IMG/VR virus record: IMGVR_UViG_3300023174_002543
Location: 124,001-188,000 of that record
DNA: 64,000 bases
Reading direction: 5' to 3' (one strand)
Part shown: one piece after another, positions 12,001-18,989 of the stretch
How the letters are laid out: every line of letters begins with the position of its first letter
How positions within the stretch are numbered: position 1 is the stretch's first letter
Made by a program: the position numbers and the translations under genes
The notes under the pieces: model-generated
Databases searched by the model: none
What the model saw: the letters and a program-made list of their open reading frames with translations, nothing else
What the model was told of the DNA's origin: nothing

Positions 12001-14410
12001 TACTATAACTAATAATAGTGCTGTTACAACGACCAATAGTGTACGACCTAGTCTTTTAATAGCAGTTACTAATGGAAGTAGTGTATACTTCACGGGTAGT
12101 ACTCGATATGTAAGAGCACCAAGTAACGCAGTATTTACATTTGGTACAGGTGACTTTACTATTGAAGGTTGGGTATACTTAAATGCTGCCGCAACCAGTG
12201 GTACATTATATGATGGTAGAACAGGTGCTTCAACCACAAGCCCTCAAATTTATATTGCATCAAATGTAGTAAATTATGCAGTTGCAGGTTCTAGCGTAAT
12301 TACTGGTGCAACATTAAGTACAATAACTTGGTATCATATTGCTGTAGTTAAAATTTCTGGTATCACTAAGCTATATGTTAATGGCACACAATCAGGTAGT
12401 ACATATACCGATAGTAATGATTATGTAATTGGTAGTCCATTCATTGGTACAGGTTTTGGTAGTAGTAATCCATTAAATGGATTTATATCTAATCTACGTG
12501 TAGTTAAGGGCGTCGGTGTCTATCCTAATAATTTTAATACTTCTTCATTACCGTTTAATTCTACTCAAGTATCAGTGAGCGGTTCTGGTGTTAACACAAT
12601 TACGGGTACATCGGTTTCACTATTAACCGCGCAAAATGCAACTATTGTTGATAACAGTACATTTGCAGTTACCATTACAAACGTTGGTACAGTTGTTCCT
12701 GCAGTGGCATTTGGATTGTTCAATAACTCAGGTGTTTCGTTATTAACTGCACAAAATAGTACATTTGTTGATAATAGCGTTAACGGTGTTACAATTACAA
12801 ATACTGTATCACCTGCAGTGACTACTCAACAGTTATATGGGTTGTTTGGAACCAGCTTGACTACCCTATTGGCACTACAAAATAGTAACAGTCTAACTAT
12901 AGAAGCAAGTGTGAATGCCCTTGCGGTGTCAGTGAGTGGTGTAGCAATAATGGAAAAATCATTTAGTGCAATTGGCGGATATGTAGTACCTTCATTGTTA
13001 ACTGCACAATCAGGAAATACCATAGACAATAGCGTAAACTCATCAATATTCACTATTACAAATAATTATGCTTTATACCAAACAACTGTAACACCATATG
13101 GTGCATTAACACCGGTAGCATTATTAACTGCACAGGGTAACGTGTTACTAAGTGACGCATCTGGGTACCACTCAAATGTCAATCCAGTAGTTGCTGCATC
13201 CATAATGTCGAATACGGCTAACGTAACTATTAACACAACGCATGGGCCATTCAATAATGATGTTCCATTATTAACATTCCAAAATGCATTGGTAACCGAC
13301 TATGGCAATAACAGAACACAAATGACCACAGTTGGTTCGGGTATAGCACCAACCGATGCAAGTCCATTCAGTAGTAAATCATTGACAAGTTTCTTAGTAC
13401 CATATGGTTATAATGATATTAGTATTAGTAATACTGCAACTACGGGTAACACATATCTTCTTAATAATGCAAATATTGCATCAGCGAGCACATTACTAAA
13501 TCCGTTTGTCATCCCAACTAGTGCAGTAACTGTTTTAGCACTACAAACTAGTAATATTCTAATAGAATCTAGTATTAATAACGGAACATTTACTACTGCA
13601 AATACTACACCTACAAGCAATGCGTTTAGTCCATTCGGTACATATTATAGCAATGGAATGATTACATTGAACGTTAGTGGTACTACGTATGCCAATCTTA
13701 ATGTTACCAGTTCAACACCGGCGCCTAGCAGTACAAGTAATTATTCAATTGCAATATCATCAACTTCAAATATTGGAAATAGAGAGGTATCAGGTGGTGC
13801 TATTACTCAAGGAGCAGGATCTTTGGGATATGGATTTAGTTATGCTAATGCAAACATAGTAATTGCTGATGTTGCAAACAGTAACTTGGCAGAGTCATTT
13901 GGTAATGCTAACATAGCAACTGCAAATTATCGCATATCTTATGACGGTGCTATAACTATTAGCACTGGGTACGGATTGCCCAATGTAGGGAATCTCACAC
14001 TTAATATACTAGATAGTGCAAACATTACTTTGGATGAATCGCGGGCTAATGCAAATATAGCAAATACTAATTACTTTAAGTCCTATGACGATGTTCTTGA
14101 CAGTACAGGTTTTGGTCTACCTAATATAGGTCCAAGTAATGTAACACTATTCATTAGTAATGTAGCAGGTAGTAACTTGGCTGAAACATTAATAAGTAAT
14201 AATTTAGGTAATGCTAATTATTATCGTCAATCAGACACTATACTATCTTCTCAGGCTGTTTCAAGTTATATACCCACACCGGTTGGTGGTGTAATATTGT
14301 TAATAACATATTCATATACTGACGGTGTTCCTATTGTAGCAGCAAACGTACAAAGTGGAAGTGGAAGTGGAACATTTGCTGCCAATACACAGATTTGGAC
14401 ACAGACTTAA
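2..14410 (+). CDS. Giant LamG/concanavalin A-like repeat protein (putative tail fibre/adhesin), 5'-truncated by the window edge
   Basis: Frame is open from base 2, so the GTG at 20 is not a proven start. 19 repeats of F.G..YL...GT.DFTIE.W ... W[YT]H[IVL]A[VI]VR ... G[YF]ISN.R; extremely T/S/N/G-rich with few charged residues. Confidence 0.9.
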   Translation, partial: TVTNNNVILSTYTNPYTTMKLPFLLSAQNGYGINAGTVVRDNSIFNTSLQSTSTSYVTYMAAVSPFGVTPTLLVGQSAMQRDESINSLVPQTITTTATIMPYVTPFSGNAVAFNGSTSYITGTNLYNSLGGDFTIEFFMMAGPQTATVGGLLLGRNISWSTTNNNYYIMCSSPGGVGKNSLQTIQIYNPLISITSPVYLGLTSVCDSKWHHIAIVRINGIVKIYIDGVLDTSPFSSFANTGIWDYSNYTIGSNPNDAGSTVAQLAYNGMLSNLRIINGTGIYTGTFTPPTNNLTTSQSSRTNVVQYTSTTPSSTGYSLQFNSATGSYLTTTYSPVLSLGTNDYTIEFWHFLSGKSAANQPCLFSNANSSSAGVLNMYAGHASANVLKYQLAFNTQSVIATYITMQSVSNIIYGKWTHIALVRRSGVVYLYINGTLDSTSGLGNYSVYSSQWYIGNDVTNSALGYISGFISNFRVTNGLAVYTGNFTVPTSALTTTQSSGTNIAAITNTSLANGGAISIVASGSQYINTTMVLTTATTNMTVEAWVNFTLFPTSNTWIGGTATIFSTSGNSYSSGIHFVLGSTNIYVVITNTVYGGYAHNMVAGTWYHLAYVINNGVVTFFINGISVGSISGIPVTFGAPSYSVIGASDTSGSYGIGSIGGGSVGYISNLRVLKATALYTGNFVPSTSPLTNTQSAVTNISAITGTNTSLLLQSSATTDASANAFTLTVGGSPSVNTSVFPKFTVTNASSAYFQSNGITTQYASLRAPTATSILGTGTFTVECWIYPIPFLAATSAYQVIIDNDTASGLNAFSINPNGTIFYGLTLSTVLGTTSSLYTVKFNAWNHLALVRNVTPASSIATIYINGVAGYAGTDTTSYNGGIVRIGTQRSGITFPYTGYISNLRIVNGVAVYTSNFTTPTAPLTVTQSANINGNPSTALAINTYAGNFNGTSQYLTVPTSATANVIPLILGNSNFTIECWIYPLTSSQSTWFIDFRPTIEGAYPALGLTSGTIYYFVNSATKITGSVAGLYQWTHVAVVRNTNITTLYINGAGVGSFTDTTTYLLNQNVSPPVIGTYGVTRGGTGFVGYISNVRIVNGTSVYNSAFTPPTTQLTATQNAGTNISPIGSLITTNGYYSNFFNGSTSQYLSVPGQALVFGTLPFTVEVWIYTTSQNGPAIIDNMISTSGSYSIGQWYFALTTTTGYPVFYYATGVSTLVTITSAISAPIGQWTHLAAVRTGTGTNGFTIYVNGLVGVTTTISASIGAFNTTTSNTIGLMTSPRNAPVAGFLSNVRVTTGLGVYTGVFSPQFTPLTNTQSIVTSTQSSLLALRTTSIIDESTNAFTLTSVGSPATSGSVTPFVTTNGYSVLFTPNQFLAAAPLSSIYQVFTGDFTVEFWAYCTNSSTVNCLFMNYNGTSDISFYMGFTPVAGQLSYGGYNTYTTLSAAATSVLFNVWTHIAYVRINSVETVYFNGVSVSTSTRTLNFATGTLYVGINPAIGQYFSGYMSNFRVIKGLGVYTGNFTPSTTPLTTTQSSSTNIQAITGTAPANGNSVNFNGSSYLNTTGNSQLEFGNNTYTIEFWFYLTSVSVYQHLYDLRGSGPNNIASYVYCQTNGSIYYGIGSNTTVIPGSSTAVAVQTWYHLAIVRTSQSTNGVTMYLNGINVGVGTDANTHLQYGLRLGAASPSATAFATGYMSNFRILIDTALYTSNFAMPNNTLTAITNTRVLALQNSTTTDASANNFTFTATGTVTLTTTISPYIYTTNWLIMQNSPTTDASIYNSTPSNSGGAVISIRSPFIVTNGYSTQFTGSSQYIQAPSDAAFTFGTNDFTIEGWIYLSTNTSTGTLYDGRTATNSLSPVIYIDSNRVYYAVGSTIVITGSFIASATWYHIAISRFSGSTSLYVNGLQTSNIYADTNNYVIGAPYIGTGYNSSNPLTGYISNIRVVKTALYNNSFIQSTVPLVATVGGNISAISALTATNGYYASAFGGANGLSISTVSAIYALGTTYTIEMWHYRMSNTSAGSFTSALILVGTTNLGTACTGFLLTYNTSGVINFFDSSNATVINYANATTNIPLYTWTHIAVVRNSTTTVTLYVNGVSVATGTSSATQATNSSVFIGGDTANQGRFTGYISNLRIVKGVAVYTGAFTTPTGPLSTIQSSGTNISALVGTETSLLTCRSSTIVDNSTNSATNTITNTGIVGTAIAIGLFGNNSGVVLLTSQSSTIVDNSVYAAPMTNTGSVLIQPVINLYANKGATQLLALQTNNNVTLDTSINAYALVNNGTTTTLPAAGLFGTAVVNLLALQSSLTTDAGYYATTLTPSGLVQFDALSPYAALNGNSIFFNGDNQYIQAPSNAAFTFGTGDFTIEGWIYLIGNTKTGTLYDGRTGLTTVSPQVYINNNIVYYAVANVNRITGPTINIATWYHIAVVRISGITELFVNGNQFGIDYIDTNNYVIGSPLIGQGYNNSNSLIGYISNVRVVKGTGVYVSRFITPITTLTNTQASSTNTKALVALPTSGYYSGYFGSTTQAYCVVTTPTTMLTLSGSAFTIEAWVYFTDWGNVVSLVYGAGFFSTGNSAGFNIVFAGTVSSYTGVTIYAASGTVNNLFPYAFQLGTWYHVAVTRTINGLYNAFVNGTNIGNYTSTSTWVDPTSQSIALSYSPSAYYFSGFISNLRITMGQAIYIGTYASFTPSTNILTTTQSANTNGSPSLAIAQSTSAGYYNLGFVGNASQYLTLSGAGHVFGINPFTIECWVYAISFATNMPIIDNFTSNTAGSYIIGSWRLYLSATSGVPTFIYATSVSATSAFSTLIGPSLKSWTHIAVVRTSASVGGFNIYINGVSGQANTLSQSIGAVNSNTQIGAGKDGYPFNGYITNIRLTNGVALYTNLFVPQTTPFTAIQTAQTPVISSLLALQNSVTTDASANTFTLTATGSPTVSSTVVPYMPVTNGYSVYFNGSSYVSLTTQTAFGLGTGDFTIEVWIYPTLNPANGIGAIADFRTGATATATSIRINNARQLLFYDGPQNNDAIFTNTTVALNQWSHIAYTRIGNLVTGYINGVVAGSVAVTSNLGSTQPIWIGNNQTAGYNFNGYMSNFRLVKGLAVYTGAFTPPTSPLATTQSSGTNIVALPGGSTTFYNSFNGTSQYLTTPNNTAFSLSGGSYTIELWAYWNNISGEQVIIERFTAASGPGYTLYKTGGHQIQLYGSATVVTSTSTLVAGTWYHIAISYNGTNTRVFINGTQEATATLNITDSASPLVIGSRNSGASAFFNGYISNIRIVKGVAVYTGNFTVPTAPLTATQSSGTNISAITAGQTVLLTCQSSLIVDNSASLVTFTNPLGVTTTPTSLTPVYVQLLMLQNSVNNDASVNSFNAGITGTPTVNTTNMTYMPFVNTNGRSVRFTGSTQYINAPSNAVYTFGTGDFTIEGYIYLASGTSGTLFDNRTGATTVSPQIYITASTINYAVSGTSVIVSPTIFSSTWYHVAVVRISGVTILYVNGIQAGVSYTDSNDYVIGSPFIGTGFGSSNPLNGYISNLRVVNGTGLYTNTFVVPTIPLTANAVSSVITNLPAPITSNGYYATAYSGLTSQYLSVPGTPFVFSTNAFTVECWVYINSLAAQQTLVDNFVTGPSGSFTPNQWQLYITTSGTVAFNYATNASTVLTPTTTTTVSLGVWTHIAVVRTSTSTNGFVIYINGIAGVIGTVSFGLGVNVTSSIGIQTYSKTLPMTGFISNLRITNLAVYTGTFTPQTSPLSLTQVGGSSTNAITGTQTSLLVLQNTVTTDASTNNLTLTATGNPVISLVISPYPTSVANNYSASFNGTTTQYLITSAQTSSTYFGTGDFTIEAWVYLTSTPSQNASITCVNADWQISWNVSGFCFMPDGSVRKVNTNNLAAISNNTWYHVAFTRQSNTLKSYLNGALAMTDTDSGNYTSLNGIRIGANRSNNVGFPGYINNLRIIKGTVVYTGNFAVPTTALGIIQNSSTNISALTGSETILLSVQSSTITDNSLTGFTITNNSAVTTTNSVRPSLLIAVTNGSSVYFTGSTRYVRAPSNAVFTFGTGDFTIEGWVYLNAAATSGTLYDGRTGASTTSPQIYIASNVVNYAVAGSSVITGATLSTITWYHIAVVKISGITKLYVNGTQSGSTYTDSNDYVIGSPFIGTGFGSSNPLNGFISNLRVVKGVGVYPNNFNTSSLPFNSTQVSVSGSGVNTITGTSVSLLTAQNATIVDNSTFAVTITNVGTVVPAVAFGLFNNSGVSLLTAQNSTFVDNSVNGVTITNTVSPAVTTQQLYGLFGTSLTTLLALQNSNSLTIEASVNALAVSVSGVAIMEKSFSAIGGYVVPSLLTAQSGNTIDNSVNSSIFTITNNYALYQTTVTPYGALTPVALLTAQGNVLLSDASGYHSNVNPVVAASIMSNTANVTINTTHGPFNNDVPLLTFQNALVTDYGNNRTQMTTVGSGIAPTDASPFSSKSLTSFLVPYGYNDISISNTATTGNTYLLNNANIASASTLLNPFVIPTSAVTVLALQTSNILIESSINNGTFTTANTTPTSNAFSPFGTYYSNGMITLNVSGTTYANLNVTSSTPAPSSTSNYSIAISSTSNIGNREVSGGAITQGAGSLGYGFSYANANIVIADVANSNLAESFGNANIATANYRISYDGAITISTGYGLPNVGNLTLNILDSANITLDESRANANIANTNYFKSYDDVLDSTGFGLPNIGPSNVTLFISNVAGSNLAETLISNNLGNANYYRQSDTILSSQAVSSYIPTPVGGVILLITYSYTDGVPIVAANVQSGSGSGTFAANTQIWTQT

Positions 14411-14449
14411 TAAATTATCTAGTAATCATAGTTTGATAAGTACATTGCA

Positions 14450-14887
14450 ATGAATGTATTCCAATTAAATTATGATTCTAGGTTACGTAGTTGGTACGAA
14501 CTTAGAACTGCGGTCGAATCACTAGATACCAAAAATAAATGCATAGAAATTGATAAATGGTGGCAAAAAGCCCCATTAGTAAACCATTACCTGCATATAC
14601 TAGATGTTGAAACATGGCCAGGTCCTTGGGATCTTTTGGTAGAAAATACCTATTGTACGGTTGCAAGAGCACTAGGAATATGTTATACTCTATCACTTGT
14701 AGGAATAACTGACATAAAAATGGTAGAAGCAACAGATAAAATGGGTGAAGATGTAGTATTAGTCCTAGTTGACAACGCAAAATATGTACTTAATTACTGG
14801 CCCGATACGGTCATAAGTAATACTCAAGCAGATTTTACCATAAAACGTAATATAAACATTACACACTTAGACAAAAAACTACAATAA
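14450..14887 (+). CDS. Hypothetical protein, possibly transglutaminase-like Cys protease (BTLCP/LapG-like) fold
   Basis: Clean 145-aa ORF between the giant gene and nrdA. WPGPWDLL..NTYC..ARA.GI.Y.L resembles the BTLCP W.TP.E.L...GDCED.AIAKY.L segment (weak). Confidence 0.45.
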   Translation: MNVFQLNYDSRLRSWYELRTAVESLDTKNKCIEIDKWWQKAPLVNHYLHILDVETWPGPWDLLVENTYCTVARALGICYTLSLVGITDIKMVEATDKMGEDVVLVLVDNAKYVLNYWPDTVISNTQADFTIKRNINITHLDKKLQ

Positions 14888-14897
14888 GGCATAACAG

Positions 14898-17231
14898 ATG
14901 AACAACATAAATGTCGTTAAGCGTAATGGAGAAACTGTTCCATTAGACATATCAAAAATTCAAAGACAAGTGGCATATGATTGCAAGGGTATAGACAACG
15001 TAAGCCCAAGTATGATAGAGATTAAATCACAAATAGAATTACACGACGGTATAAGTACTAAAACAATTGATGAACTATTGCTTAAAGCAATGGTCAATTT
15101 AATTGATGAAACGGAAAACTCAGACATTAATAATGTCAATTATCAATATGTAGCAGGACGCCAAAAAGTATCTATGCTACGTAAAGAAGTATATGGTCAA
15201 TATGAACCACCCAAACTTTATGAAATAGTTAAAAAGAATACTGAATTGGGAATGTATACGACAGAATTATTAGATTGGTATACGGAAGATGAATGGAATA
15301 TTATTGATTTGTTCATCGACCATTCCAAAGATGAAAATTACACATATGCCGCCATTGCACAATTATGCGAAAAATATCTAGTGCAAAATCGTGCCACTAG
15401 TAAAATATTCGAGACCCCTCAAGTACGTTATGCAATAGCAGCCGCCACTGCGTTCCACAATGAACCCAAAGAAAAGAGATTAAAATATGTTAAAGAATAT
15501 TACGAATGTGCCAGTGATGGCCAGTTTACTCTTGCTACTCCTGTGCTGGCCGGCCTTGGTACTACTACAAAACAATTTAGTAGTTGCGTACTTATTAGTA
15601 GTGATGATACTTTGGATAGCATCTTTGCCGCCGGTGAAATGATGGCCAAGTATGCTAGTAAACGTGCTGGCATAGGATTAGAAATAGGTCGTATTAGACC
15701 ACTTGGTGCACCTATTCGTGGCGGAGAGATTAAACATACAGGTATGATTCCATTTTTAAAGAAATGGTTTAGTGACCTACGTAGTTGCAGTCAGGGCGGA
15801 ATACGTAATGCATCATGCACAGTTACATTCCCTATCTGGCATGCACAGTTTGAAGATTTAATCGTACTAAAGAACAATCAGGGTACAGAAGAAACACGTG
15901 TACGTCAAATGGATTACAGCGTTGTAATCAATAAAATGTTCTTTAACCGTTTCAAAAACAATGAGAACATTACGTTATTTGATCCGGCTGAAGTACCTGA
16001 CTTATATGAAGCATATTATAGAGATAGTGCCGAGTTTGAAAAACTTTATAAAATGTATGAAACTAAACGTGGCATCACTAAAAAAGTGTTACCAGCAGTT
16101 GAAATATTTAAAAATGGTATACTAAAAGAACGTACCGATACGGGTCGTATCTATCTAGTATTCATTGACAACGTAATTAATCAAGGTCCGTTTGATACAA
16201 AACTTGACCCGATTTATCAGAGTAACTTATGCCAAGAAATACTATTACCTACTAAACCCTTTCAACGCATTGAAGACGAGGCAGGGCGTATTGCACTATG
16301 TACATTAGGCAGTATTAACTGGGGTGCATTTAAATCAGCCCAAGATATGCGTAAAAGTTGTAGAGTATTAGTTAGAAGTTTAAGTAATCTCCTTAGCTAT
16401 CAAGATTTCCTTTCAATACAAAGTAAATTAGCTAACTTAGACTTTGAGCCTCTTGGTGTAGGCGTTACAAATTTAGCATATTGGCATGCAAAGCGTGGAT
16501 TCAAATACGGAGAGTCAATCGCACTAAGTGAAGTTAAACGTTGGATGGAACATCAAGCATTTTACTTAACAGAAGCCAGTGTAGAATTAGCCCAAGAACG
16601 TGGTGCATGTAAACGTAGCCAACATACATTCTACGGACAGGGCATCTTCCCTTGGGAACGTAGGGCAGAGGGTGTTAATGAATTAACTGACTTTACTCCT
16701 AGTACTAATTTAGATTGGGAAACACTTCGCCAAAATCTATTGCGTTATGGTATCAGAAATGCTACGCTAATGGCTGTGGCACCGGTCGAATCCAGCTCAG
16801 TTGTGTTAAACTCCACCAACGGAATTGAAATGCCGATGGAATTGATTTCTGTGAAGGAATCAAAAGCTGGATCGTTTGTACAAGTTGTGCCAGAGTACAA
16901 ACGTTTAAAGAATCGCTATCAATTGATGTGGGATCAAAAGGATTGTATTGAATACTTAAAGACTTCGGCAGTTTTAGCAGTATACATTGACCAATCACTA
17001 AGTACTAATACGTTTTACAATCCTGCATATTTTGAAGGTGGTAAAGTTCCTGCAACATTGATTACAAAGAATTTAATGTTGGCATATAAATGGGGATTAA
17101 AAACAATTTATTACAGCCTAATCAACAAGATGGGCAGTAAAGCGGGATTAACTGAAACTGACAATGTAGTTCAGTTTCCATTACAACTTGATGAGTTGGA
17201 TGAAGAAAACTGTGAGGCATGTGTATTGTAA
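14898..17231 (+). CDS. nrdA: Ribonucleotide reductase class Ia alpha subunit with N-terminal ATP cone
   Basis: N-terminal VVKRNG ATP cone; FSSCVL, QSNLCQEI, LCTLGS, APVESSS, GLKTIYY motifs; C-terminal CEAC. Confidence 0.97.
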   Translation: MNNINVVKRNGETVPLDISKIQRQVAYDCKGIDNVSPSMIEIKSQIELHDGISTKTIDELLLKAMVNLIDETENSDINNVNYQYVAGRQKVSMLRKEVYGQYEPPKLYEIVKKNTELGMYTTELLDWYTEDEWNIIDLFIDHSKDENYTYAAIAQLCEKYLVQNRATSKIFETPQVRYAIAAATAFHNEPKEKRLKYVKEYYECASDGQFTLATPVLAGLGTTTKQFSSCVLISSDDTLDSIFAAGEMMAKYASKRAGIGLEIGRIRPLGAPIRGGEIKHTGMIPFLKKWFSDLRSCSQGGIRNASCTVTFPIWHAQFEDLIVLKNNQGTEETRVRQMDYSVVINKMFFNRFKNNENITLFDPAEVPDLYEAYYRDSAEFEKLYKMYETKRGITKKVLPAVEIFKNGILKERTDTGRIYLVFIDNVINQGPFDTKLDPIYQSNLCQEILLPTKPFQRIEDEAGRIALCTLGSINWGAFKSAQDMRKSCRVLVRSLSNLLSYQDFLSIQSKLANLDFEPLGVGVTNLAYWHAKRGFKYGESIALSEVKRWMEHQAFYLTEASVELAQERGACKRSQHTFYGQGIFPWERRAEGVNELTDFTPSTNLDWETLRQNLLRYGIRNATLMAVAPVESSSVVLNSTNGIEMPMELISVKESKAGSFVQVVPEYKRLKNRYQLMWDQKDCIEYLKTSAVLAVYIDQSLSTNTFYNPAYFEGGKVPATLITKNLMLAYKWGLKTIYYSLINKMGSKAGLTETDNVVQFPLQLDELDEENCEACVL

Positions 17232-17458
17232 TGTTAGTAGAATTTAATGATGAACTGTTAACTTTAACTAATGAAGAAAAGTTAAAAATATTATTAGCCT
17301 ATCATAATCTCCCAATGGATTGCAAGATAGATAAAGAAGATATACCTATGATTATAATGGCGCTTAATCAAGATGACGTTGAAAGTGTTAAAGTAGATGA
17401 TGAGGGCGCAATAGAAATAGAATATTCCGGAAACGAATGGCAGAATCAATATGAGTAA
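17231..17458 (+). CDS. Small acidic hypothetical protein between nrdA and nrdB
   Basis: ATG at 17231 overlaps the nrdA stop (TAATG); its end overlaps the nrdB start. Confidence 0.65.
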   Translation: MLVEFNDELLTLTNEEKLKILLAYHNLPMDCKIDKEDIPMIIMALNQDDVESVKVDDEGAIEIEYSGNEWQNQYE

Positions 17459-18551
17459 AAAACAATATAATTTAAGTAAACAGACAAATTACCTACATCG
17501 CACTATGTTTCTTGACCCAGAAGGTCCTGTAACCGTACAGCGATTTGAAGAAGTCAAGTACCCAAGACTTGCCAAATATGAAGAAACTGCACGTGGCTTC
17601 TTTTGGGTACCGGAAGAAATTAGTTTAACTAAAGATAAGATTGACCACAAAGATAGTAGCGATGCAATTAAGCATATCTTTACTAGCAACTTGTTAAGAC
17701 AAACTGCGCTTGATAGTATTCAGGGTCGTGCACCAAGTCAAGTATTCAGTCCAGTCATCAGTATCCCTGAATTAGAAGCACTAGTAAGTAACTGGAGTTT
17801 CTTTGAGACTAATATACACTCAAAATCTTACAGTCATATTATTCGTAATGTTTATGGTGTACCTAAAGAAGAATTCAATAAAATTCACGATACAAAAGAA
17901 ATAGTTGAAATGGCAAGTAACGTAGGAGACTACTATGAAAAGTTACACCAATTAAATTGCTTCAAAGAAACAGGCACAGAAGTTACTGAGAGTCACCACA
18001 TTAAAGCAATATGGATGGCATTGAATGCTAGTTATGCACTAGAAGCACTACGCTTCATGGTAAGTTTTGCAACAAGTCTTGCTATGGTAGAGAACAAGAT
18101 TTACATTGGTAACGGAAACATTATCAGTTTGATTTTACAAGACGAATTGTTGCATACAGAATGGACAGCATGGTTAATCAATAACGTAGTTAAAGATGAC
18201 CCAAGATTTGTTATTGCTAAACAGCAATGTGAACGTGAAGTTTATCAATTGTATATGGATGTTATACGTGAAGAAAAAGAATGGGCACAATACTTATTCA
18301 GTAAGGGTGTTGTAATTGGATTGAACGCTGATATACTAAGTGATTTTGTAGACTATACTGCATTTACTAGATTAAAAGATATTGGAATCAAATATAACGA
18401 GAATCATCCTAAGCATTCACCTATTCCATGGTTTAACAAACACGTAAACATTAATAAGAAACAAAGTGCATTACAAGAAACCGAATCAACTAATTATGTG
18501 GTGGGTGTAATGTCAGATAGTGTATCATATGAGGAGTTACCGACACTATGA
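17451..18551 (+). CDS. nrdB: Ribonucleotide reductase class Ia beta subunit
   Basis: FFWVPEEI; di-iron ligands LDSIQ, FETNIHSKSY (includes radical Tyr), EALRF, QDELLH; C-terminal QETE..NY. Confidence 0.97.
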   Translation: MSKKQYNLSKQTNYLHRTMFLDPEGPVTVQRFEEVKYPRLAKYEETARGFFWVPEEISLTKDKIDHKDSSDAIKHIFTSNLLRQTALDSIQGRAPSQVFSPVISIPELEALVSNWSFFETNIHSKSYSHIIRNVYGVPKEEFNKIHDTKEIVEMASNVGDYYEKLHQLNCFKETGTEVTESHHIKAIWMALNASYALEALRFMVSFATSLAMVENKIYIGNGNIISLILQDELLHTEWTAWLINNVVKDDPRFVIAKQQCEREVYQLYMDVIREEKEWAQYLFSKGVVIGLNADILSDFVDYTAFTRLKDIGIKYNENHPKHSPIPWFNKHVNINKKQSALQETESTNYVVGVMSDSVSYEELPTL

Positions 18552-18985
18552 TAGAAAAAGATATTAGAAACACAATAAACATGATTGACGAAAATACTGC
18601 CTTTCATGAAGATCCAGTAGTCACTTTTGCTAGTTTAGCGCACGACCAATGGCGTAAGAACTATGACCCCACTGGTACAAAACCTAGAATTAAAAAGAAT
18701 AGTGATGGGAGTGAGGGTGATATAAATCAACCTTTTAATAAAATTCATTCTGATTGGCAAAAAGAAAACTTAGCCGCCGGAGAAGCAGCTTTAGACGCAG
18801 TTAAAAAATTCCCAGATGATGATGAAAAAGCCGCTGAGTTTATTCACATTCAATGGATGAGACGTAATCCTAAGGCAGACTACAATGCGGCACAACATGT
18901 TCCATATAATGAATTATCTTATGAAGAAAAAGAAAAAGACAGATTACATGTCATAGTGATGAGAAAAATAATAGGAGTGTTATAA
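18548..18985 (+). CDS. RyR (ryanodine receptor repeat)-like domain protein
   Basis: Two units: AHDQW...INQPFNKIHSDWQKENL and IHIQW...HVPYNELSYEEKEKDR, the RyR signature. Confidence 0.7.
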   Translation: MIEKDIRNTINMIDENTAFHEDPVVTFASLAHDQWRKNYDPTGTKPRIKKNSDGSEGDINQPFNKIHSDWQKENLAAGEAALDAVKKFPDDDEKAAEFIHIQWMRRNPKADYNAAQHVPYNELSYEEKEKDRLHVIVMRKIIGVL

Positions 18986-18989
18986 AGAA

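Noticed and set aside
1441-13859. Many 60-126 aa ORFs antisense to or out of frame with the giant gene
   Set aside because: Shadow ORFs caused by the codon bias of the T/S/N/G-rich giant ORF; no RBS or motifs.
14898-18551. Intron or intein in nrdA/nrdB
   Set aside because: Both ORFs are continuous, of normal length, with all catalytic motifs in order.
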